Source: a virus (lineage: Duplodnaviria; Caudoviricetes). Taken from it: DNA of 41,396 nucleotides. How positions within the stretch are numbered: the first letter of the stretch is position 1; every line of letters starts with the position of its first letter. A program made the translations under genes and the position numbers. Below, piece after piece: positions 35,842 through 41,396 of the stretch. Location: IMG/VR virus record IMGVR_UViG_3300022177_000071, positions 1-41,396 of that record; one strand, written 5' to 3'. Below the pieces are notes generated by a model. That model did not search any database. It was not told where the DNA came from and saw only the letters and a list, made by a program, of their open reading frames with translations.

Positions 35842-36807
35842 ATGGCTACAAATACTCCAAATTATAATCTTAAAAAACCAGATTTGATTGATTTTTACGA
35901 TATCCAGGACCAGAACGACAACATGGACCTGATCGACATCGCCCTGAAAGGCTTGGAGGATGGCAAGGTAGCTAAGGTTACAGGCAAAGGCCTCTCAACT
36001 GAAGATTACACTACTGCTGAGAAAAATAAGTTGGCAGGGATAGAAGCAGGCGCCACAGCAGATCAAACAGCATCGGAAATCAAAACACTTTATGAGAGCA
36101 ATGCGAATACCAATGCTTATACTGATACTGAGAAATCGAAATTGGCGGGCATACAAGCAGGAGCACAGGTGAATGCAGTAACTTCAGTCGCAGATAAGAC
36201 AGGAGCCGTGACTCTTGCTAAGGCTGATGTTGGGTTAGGCGCTGTAGAAAATTATGGTATAGCAACACAAGCAGATGCAGAAGCTGGGGTGAGTGATGCT
36301 AAATATATGACCCCTTTGAAAGTGAAACAATCAATAGACAAAAATAGTGGGAAAACATTAATAAGTTCAGTGACACTTGCTACAACAGCTGCAAAGGTTG
36401 ACTTCAATATCCCAGCAGGGTTCAGAGAAATTGAAGTGTATTTGACAAATATAAAAAGCACAACAGGAAATTACTCTTTACAAATGGTAATAAATGATGT
36501 TACAACAGGCAATTACACTTCTTATTATAATATAAATGCGACAGCATATTCCCAAACATCCTCTAAAATGTACATTTCAGGTGCAGATATAAGAAGCGAC
36601 ACCAATTTTATAGGCAAGGTTAATATATTAACATCACAACCATTTTCAACCACTGTATCTGGAAGTAGTCATACAACGTTTTCTATTGGTGGTGGAATGA
36701 TGACATATAATTCAGGAGGTACAACACTGACAAAAATTAGTTTCTCAATATATACTGGATTATTGTTTAGTGCAGGAAGCAAATTTGAAGTTTGGGGGAT
36801 AAAATAA
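35842..36807 (+). CDS. Tail fibre / receptor-binding protein
   Basis: TPNYNLKKP N-terminus, GKGLSTEDYT, two EKxKLAGIxAGA repeats, MTPLKVKQ, beta-rich C-terminus. Confidence 0.8.
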   Translation: MATNTPNYNLKKPDLIDFYDIQDQNDNMDLIDIALKGLEDGKVAKVTGKGLSTEDYTTAEKNKLAGIEAGATADQTASEIKTLYESNANTNAYTDTEKSKLAGIQAGAQVNAVTSVADKTGAVTLAKADVGLGAVENYGIATQADAEAGVSDAKYMTPLKVKQSIDKNSGKTLISSVTLATTAAKVDFNIPAGFREIEVYLTNIKSTTGNYSLQMVINDVTTGNYTSYYNINATAYSQTSSKMYISGADIRSDTNFIGKVNILTSQPFSTTVSGSSHTTFSIGGGMMTYNSGGTTLTKISFSIYTGLLFSAGSKFEVWGIK

Positions 36808-37028
36808 TGAAAAACTATGAAATAGATGTGAATGGAAAGTGGGAAATACAGGATAATGTCAGACTATTAATTGAACCAAGTGAAAGCTATTTGCTTCAAA
36901 TTGCAGAAGAAAAAAGACAACAAGAAGAAGCAGAAGCAAACAGACCATTATCAGAAATGGAACTGTTGAAACAACAAATGGAAGAACAGAAAGCATTGAT
37001 AAATGCAATGTTGGGGGTGAGCGAATAA
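36807..37028 (+). CDS. Small tail fibre-associated protein
   Basis: TAATG coupling to fibre gene; C-terminal coiled coil. Confidence 0.6.
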   Translation: MKNYEIDVNGKWEIQDNVRLLIEPSESYLLQIAEEKRQQEEAEANRPLSEMELLKQQMEEQKALINAMLGVSE

Positions 37029-37480
37029 TGTTTACATTTGATGAAAGATTGGCCAAGGCCGTAGAGTTTAACAAGCAATTTGTGGCCAGCAGGAAGGCTG
37101 CACAGATAGCCACAAGGGACCTCATCAAGTCTGAGGCTCTGGATCCAGAGGAGATCACGCAGCTGGTTGAAGTGTACCCAGCCTTTGAAGCAGGGAAGGC
37201 TTATGCAGTCGGGGAGATTCTGCGATATGACGAGAGGCTGTACAAGGTAGTACAATCTCACACAAGCCAATTAGACTGGACCCCGGATAAAACACCGGCA
37301 CTGTTCTCTCCGGCTATACCGGTCGGAACCATTGCAGAGTGGACCCAGCCAACAGGAGCACATGATGCCTATAAAATTGGAGACAGGGTAACATCTAACG
37401 GCAAGACTTATGAGAGCTTGATTGACGCCAATACTTGGAGCCCTGCAACGTATCCGGCAGGCTGGAAAGAGATTATTTAG
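37028..37480 (+). CDS. Protein with two CBM5/12-like carbohydrate-binding modules
   Basis: AYAVGEILRYDERLYKVVQSHTSQLDWTP and WTQPTGAHDAYKIGDRVT...YESLIDANTWSP...W. Confidence 0.75.
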   Translation: MFTFDERLAKAVEFNKQFVASRKAAQIATRDLIKSEALDPEEITQLVEVYPAFEAGKAYAVGEILRYDERLYKVVQSHTSQLDWTPDKTPALFSPAIPVGTIAEWTQPTGAHDAYKIGDRVTSNGKTYESLIDANTWSPATYPAGWKEII

Positions 37481-37494
37481 ACGGGGGTGTGCCA

Positions 37495-37743
37495 ATGGAG
37501 GATATGTGCAAGGAAAAACACAGGCAGATTGACGAGAGATTAGAAAAGAATGACGACCGATTAAACAACCACTCAGACCGGATCAAGACACTGGAGAATT
37601 ACCGAAGTGCTAATGAAGTAGAAATACGAAATTTAGTGGAACAAATCAAAAACCTTGTTGGTACACTAAAATGGATGATAACAAGCCTTGTCGCAATGCT
37701 GGCAGGGTTTTTTATTTGGTACATCCAGACCATTGGGAGGTGA
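37495..37743 (+). CDS. XhlA-family lysis/membrane protein
   Basis: RLNNHSDRIKTLE coiled coil plus C-terminal TM; precedes endolysin. Confidence 0.8.
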   Translation: MEDMCKEKHRQIDERLEKNDDRLNNHSDRIKTLENYRSANEVEIRNLVEQIKNLVGTLKWMITSLVAMLAGFFIWYIQTIGR

Positions 37744-37747
37744 TGTA

Positions 37748-38404
37748 ATGCAAGTAGTAAAGAACATGCTGCCATTGACAAAGTATAAGCTGAAAGCGCC
37801 TCACTCGATGAAACCTGAAGTTATAGTGGTACACAATACAGCAAACGATGCGACTGCAAGAAACGAGATAGCTTACATGATTAAGAATGACAACCAGGTA
37901 TCATATCATTATGCAGTAGACGATAGAGAAATCGTGCAAGGTATCCCAGAGAATCGCAACGCATGGCACGCAGGGGACGGAGGCTCAGGTGAAGGCAACA
38001 GAAAGGGCATAGGCATTGAGATATGTTTCTCTAAGTCAGGTGGAGCCAGATTTATAAAGGCTGAACAGCTGGCAGCCAAATTCATAGCTTATAAGCTTAA
38101 AGAGTATGGCTGGGATATCACCAAGGTAAAGAAACACCAAGACTACTCCGGCAAGTATTGTCCTCATCGTACACTTGATATGGGCTGGGAAAGATTCCTG
38201 GATATGATAAGAGCGGAGCTGGGTGATGTAGGGTTAAGCCTAATCATTAATGGCAGTGCTCGAACAGTGGCAGGGTCCATTAAGTCAGACATCAGCTATA
38301 TCAAAATTGACGGTAAAGACATACCCGCCAGGATCCTTGGAGAGACTTTGGGGTTCAAAGTAGGATGGGATCAGTCGAAGAAAGCGGTGATCTGGAATGA
38401 CTGA
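37748..38404 (+). CDS. Endolysin, N-acetylmuramoyl-L-alanine amidase (Amidase_2)
   Basis: IVVHNT, SYHYAVD, AWHAGDG, IGIEIC, KHQD..GKYCP; short C-terminal binding domain. Confidence 0.93.
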   Translation: MQVVKNMLPLTKYKLKAPHSMKPEVIVVHNTANDATARNEIAYMIKNDNQVSYHYAVDDREIVQGIPENRNAWHAGDGGSGEGNRKGIGIEICFSKSGGARFIKAEQLAAKFIAYKLKEYGWDITKVKKHQDYSGKYCPHRTLDMGWERFLDMIRAELGDVGLSLIINGSARTVAGSIKSDISYIKIDGKDIPARILGETLGFKVGWDQSKKAVIWND

Positions 38405-38702
38405 TAACATGAACATACCAGAGATGAGAAAAGCTTTAGGAATCAAAACAAAGAAAAGGACTAGGACCGATAAAAAGGCATTCTGGTCCTTTATGATTTG
38501 GTGCTTCGTAATTCAAATCATTACCCTCTATATGGCAATACTTATGCAGAGCGAAACACTCCTTGGTATATTTGCTGTGGAGGCCGTAGCTGGTCCAGTG
38601 TTTGTCTATAAGTTCTATCTGGAGTATAACAAGGAGATCAATCTAAAGCACATGGATATGAATTACGTTATAGACTACGATGAGATAAACGGGATTAGGT
38701 AA
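38397..38702 (+). CDS. Two-TM membrane protein in lysis cassette
   Basis: Basic N-terminus and two hydrophobic segments. Confidence 0.65.
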   Translation: MTDNMNIPEMRKALGIKTKKRTRTDKKAFWSFMIWCFVIQIITLYMAILMQSETLLGIFAVEAVAGPVFVYKFYLEYNKEINLKHMDMNYVIDYDEINGIR

Positions 38703-38715
38703 AGGAGGAAATAAA

Positions 38716-38991
38716 ATGATAGACTGGAAACAAAAGTTATCGAGCCGAAAGCTGTGGGTTGCATTGATTGGGTTTATATCAGCAATGATGTTTGCATTCA
38801 ACTTTGCTGAAGCTGATGTTGAAAAGGTTGCATCGGTAATAATGGCAGGGTCAACATTGATAGTGTATATCCTATCTGAAGCTCATGTGGATGCTAATAG
38901 AGACAGCAATGTCGGGAACACTTATAACACTTATTACCCTGAGGGGTTTCTTGATACAATTGAAGAGGATGAAGATGAAGCCCTGGAGTGA
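38716..38991 (+). CDS. Putative holin
   Basis: MIDWKQKLSSRKLW, two TMs, YILSEAHVD, acidic tail. Confidence 0.8.
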   Translation: MIDWKQKLSSRKLWVALIGFISAMMFAFNFAEADVEKVASVIMAGSTLIVYILSEAHVDANRDSNVGNTYNTYYPEGFLDTIEEDEDEALE

Positions 38992-39006
38992 TCCGGGGCT
39001 TTTTTT
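38978..39006 (+). terminator. Late operon terminator
   Basis: AAGCCCTGGA-GTGA-TCCGGGGCTT followed by a T run. Confidence 0.85.
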
Positions 39007-39067
39007 GTTGCGCAAAACAATATATTTTGAAATTAAGGTTGCGCAAAACACATAAATAGGGTAAAAT
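39007..39067 (+). promoter_or_regulatory. Promoter with duplicated palindromic operator
   Basis: GTTGCGCAAAACA at 39007-39019 and 39038-39050; TTGCGC, 17 bp, TAAAAT (39039-39067). Confidence 0.65.
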
Positions 39068-39107
39068 AGTTACATAATACGTGAAGCGCAATTAAAGGAG
39101 GGAGTCT

Positions 39108-39728
39108 ATGTTAAGTAATTACTACATAAGCAAAGAAATATCATCAAGCAATATGTCACAGATTGTTGCTTCAATTTCAAGGTCATATGAAGTTGTTGAG
39201 AATATTAAGAGTGAATTCCCTATTTTGAGTGGGCCTATGCTTAGTAATTCAGTATCAATCCTGAAACAAACTTTGGTACAACATGAGTTGATTAGAATGA
39301 TTGAGAAGGGGTTTATTGAAGGCGTAAATTATAAAGTTTCCAATAATAAGCAAAGTAATTACCCATTCCTTGAGATTTATAATAGTTCATTCATTGTTAC
39401 TTTAAGTCATGTACAAGTAGAGTCTCAACTCCCTAGAAAAGCTATTTATCGCAATGAAAGAGCTGCTAATAATCAATTGTCTATTTTCTCTGAGGACAAT
39501 GCTGATCCTAGCAGATTATACTTTATACTTACTCATGGGCATAACGGAGTTAGACCTGATTTCATTTGTTTGGGATTACCCGATGAAAACAATGAGTTTT
39601 GGCGTGAACGAATTAATCTATTAGATAGAAAAATATTAGTACCTTCTAAACAAGAAGAGGAAGAATCTTTAGTAACCTTAACACAGTATGCAAAGGAAGT
39701 GTTAAAAATTGAAGAAAACAATAAATAA
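39108..39728 (+). CDS. Hypothetical protein, candidate toxin partner of downstream XRE-peptidase
   Basis: 206 aa, AT-rich, AAGGAGGG RBS, overlaps next gene. Confidence 0.7.
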   Translation: MLSNYYISKEISSSNMSQIVASISRSYEVVENIKSEFPILSGPMLSNSVSILKQTLVQHELIRMIEKGFIEGVNYKVSNNKQSNYPFLEIYNSSFIVTLSHVQVESQLPRKAIYRNERAANNQLSIFSEDNADPSRLYFILTHGHNGVRPDFICLGLPDENNEFWRERINLLDRKILVPSKQEEEESLVTLTQYAKEVLKIEENNK

Positions 39729-40860
39729 AAATAAGAGAACCCCTTTTGAAGATAAGTTAAAAGAAGCTAGAATTGCTAGAGGGTATACATTAACCGAATT
39801 AGCAGAAAAAATTGGTGTATCAAGGCAATCTGTTTCCAAGTATGAATCAGGGCTTAGCGTTCCATCAGCTCCAGTATTTAGTGAAATCGTAAAAGCATTG
39901 GAATTCCCTCTCGCATTTTTCTACACTGAAAACAAAATTTCTAGTAAGCAAGAAGGGCCTATTTATTTTAGGAGCCTAAAATCAGCAGATAGGAAAAATA
40001 GAGATGTTAGTGAAATTCGTGCTATATGGATGAATAGAGTTTACAGCTTTGTGGAACAGTATATAGGGTTTCCTAAATTAAACTTACCTGATTTTGATGA
40101 TTCATTAATCAAAGATGCATATTCTCCCGATGATATAAATAAGATAGCAAATATTTTAAGAGGTTATTGGGATATAGGGGATGGTCCGATTGATAATCTG
40201 ACATTTCTCTTAGAAAAAAATGGGATTATTGTGACGCAAATTCCTATAAACGATTCCAAGATTGATGCTTTTTCTAGGTGGATTGGAGATAAGCCAATAA
40301 TTTTTCTTGGTTCAGATAAAAACTGTGCAGTTAGATCTCGATTTGATTTAGCACATGAGTTGGGGCATGCAATATTGCATAGACATCATCACCCTTCAAC
40401 TTTACAAGATGCAAAAAAGCTAATATCTATCGAAAAAGAAGCGAATAGTTTTGCCTCAGCTTTCTTACTGCCAGAAAACAGTTTTAGTTCAGAGATCATG
40501 TCCACTAGTTTGGATCATTTTATAGTACTAAAGAAAAGATGGAAAGTTTCAATACAAGCCATGATATTCAGGTGTAACGAATTGGGTTATCTATCAGATG
40601 ACCAAACGCTGTATTTGCGGAAAAAAATTTCTAAACTAAATATGAGAAAAAAAGAACCTTTAGATGATGTGCTACTCCCAGAAAGACCCTTAGCTTTAAG
40701 ACAAGGGATAGAATTACTTTTGGATAAAGGAGTACTTTCAAAAAAAGATATCAGGGATACATTCAATTTTCCTGTATCTGAATTAGAAGAGTTGCTTACT
40801 CTAGATCATGGAACTCTGAGCGAAAACGCTCAAGTAATTAACTTAAAGATAATTAAGTAA
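39709..40860 (+). CDS. XRE HTH - ImmA/IrrE zinc peptidase fusion
   Basis: LKEARIARGYTLTELAEKIGVSRQSVSKYE; RSRFDLAHELGHAILH; EKEANSFASAFLLP. Confidence 0.92.
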   Translation: MKKTINKNKRTPFEDKLKEARIARGYTLTELAEKIGVSRQSVSKYESGLSVPSAPVFSEIVKALEFPLAFFYTENKISSKQEGPIYFRSLKSADRKNRDVSEIRAIWMNRVYSFVEQYIGFPKLNLPDFDDSLIKDAYSPDDINKIANILRGYWDIGDGPIDNLTFLLEKNGIIVTQIPINDSKIDAFSRWIGDKPIIFLGSDKNCAVRSRFDLAHELGHAILHRHHHPSTLQDAKKLISIEKEANSFASAFLLPENSFSSEIMSTSLDHFIVLKKRWKVSIQAMIFRCNELGYLSDDQTLYLRKKISKLNMRKKEPLDDVLLPERPLALRQGIELLLDKGVLSKKDIRDTFNFPVSELEELLTLDHGTLSENAQVINLKIIK

Positions 40861-40997
40861 ATAAGCTTGCAACAGCTTAATCTAGCTTACCGTGCATATG
40901 ATTTTGAGCTTGCTCCCTGAATTACTCCAGGGTTTTTCATTAATGTTGTTAATTACACTAAGTAGTAGCAGACTACTAATGGAGGAGGAAGTAACAT

Positions 40998-41396
40998 ATG
41001 ATTGAATTAGGGGTTGCTTTGTCGATGCTGCTTATCAATTTATTTATAAGTAAAAATAATTTAAAACCTTCGAGTATTTACATTGGGATAAATAGCGAAA
41101 AATCCTTAATTGAGAGAGCTAAGAAAGTTATCTATTACGAGTGTCTATCAAATATTGTATCTTTTGTGTATCCAGTTATTGCTAGTGTATCGATACTTAT
41201 TAATCTTTTTACAGGTAATGGTTTTGGAATTACCAACAACGTCCTTTTAGCTATTTTACTTGCATTTGCTTTATCGTTAATTGCTATTTTATTCTCAAAA
41301 TTGTATACTTTTTACAGAGTCAAGAAAGCTATCAAATACAATAAGCTAAGAAAGTACATTGGCGAATTATGGTGTCAAGTTATTGACAACAATTAG
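40998..41396 (+). CDS. Hypothetical membrane protein
   Basis: GGAGGAGG RBS; three hydrophobic segments; unclear whether prophage or host. Confidence 0.6.
   Translation: MIELGVALSMLLINLFISKNNLKPSSIYIGINSEKSLIERAKKVIYYECLSNIVSFVYPVIASVSILINLFTGNGFGITNNVLLAILLAFALSLIAILFSKLYTFYRVKKAIKYNKLRKYIGELWCQVIDNN

Larger units (their letters stand above)
1..41396. mobile_element. Temperate prophage, contractile tail (PBSX/xkd-like tail, SPP1-type portal), Bacillota host
   Basis: Canonical order integrase-lysogeny-replication-packaging-head-tail sheath/baseplate-lysis; GGAGG-type RBSs and sigma-A promoters; att sites not visible. Confidence 0.97.

Noticed and set aside
35842-37480. Diversity-generating retroelement or invertible fibre cassette
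   Set aside because: No reverse transcriptase or invertase gene, and I saw no template/variable repeat pair or flanking inverted repeats
18216-37495. Numerous short minus-strand ORFs across the structural module
   Set aside because: Antisense shadows of well-supported plus-strand genes, without RBS or recognisable motifs
18169-38991. Tailocin or defective PBSX-like element
   Set aside because: Integrase, replication, terminase, portal and capsid genes all appear intact, favouring a full temperate phage
40861-41396. attR site and prophage boundary
   Set aside because: Window begins at the integrase stop, so no attL is available for comparison; short AGCTT repeats and weak hairpins at 40861-40980 are insufficient evidence

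Overview
The window is an essentially complete temperate contractile-tailed (myovirus-type, PBSX/xkd-like tail) prophage from a low-GC Bacillota host, most likely Clostridia-like. It starts at the integrase stop codon and ends at the stop of a small membrane gene; no att sites are visible. Module order: integrase and ImmA/IrrE protease (1-1774); an accessory cassette inserted between immA and the repressor (1833-5351: membrane protein, 293-aa unknown, stand-alone HsdR-N nuclease, structured small RNA, PemK/MazF-fold toxin); cI/cro switch with four TGTAA-N8-TTACA operators (5368-6156); early genes with antisense moron-like genes; recombination/replication (Gam, putative annealase, initiator with iterons, DnaC-like loader, RusA, SSB); late activator; TerS/TerL, SPP1-type portal, MuF protein with a C-terminal toxin-like extension and two small immunity-like genes; scaffold, capsid, head-tail, sheath/tube, frameshifted chaperone, tape measure, baseplate, fibre; lysis genes; and a right-end unknown + XRE-IrrE peptidase pair resembling RosmerTA. 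The most striking element is the pemK-like gene, which lacks a protein antitoxin and is followed by a separately promoted ~95-nt RNA of repeated ACAA-hairpin-ACUAC units. Its terminator is complementary to its own promoter region, suggesting an RNA-antitoxin system coupled to a read-through switch. All family assignments come from motif recognition and synteny; no searches were run.
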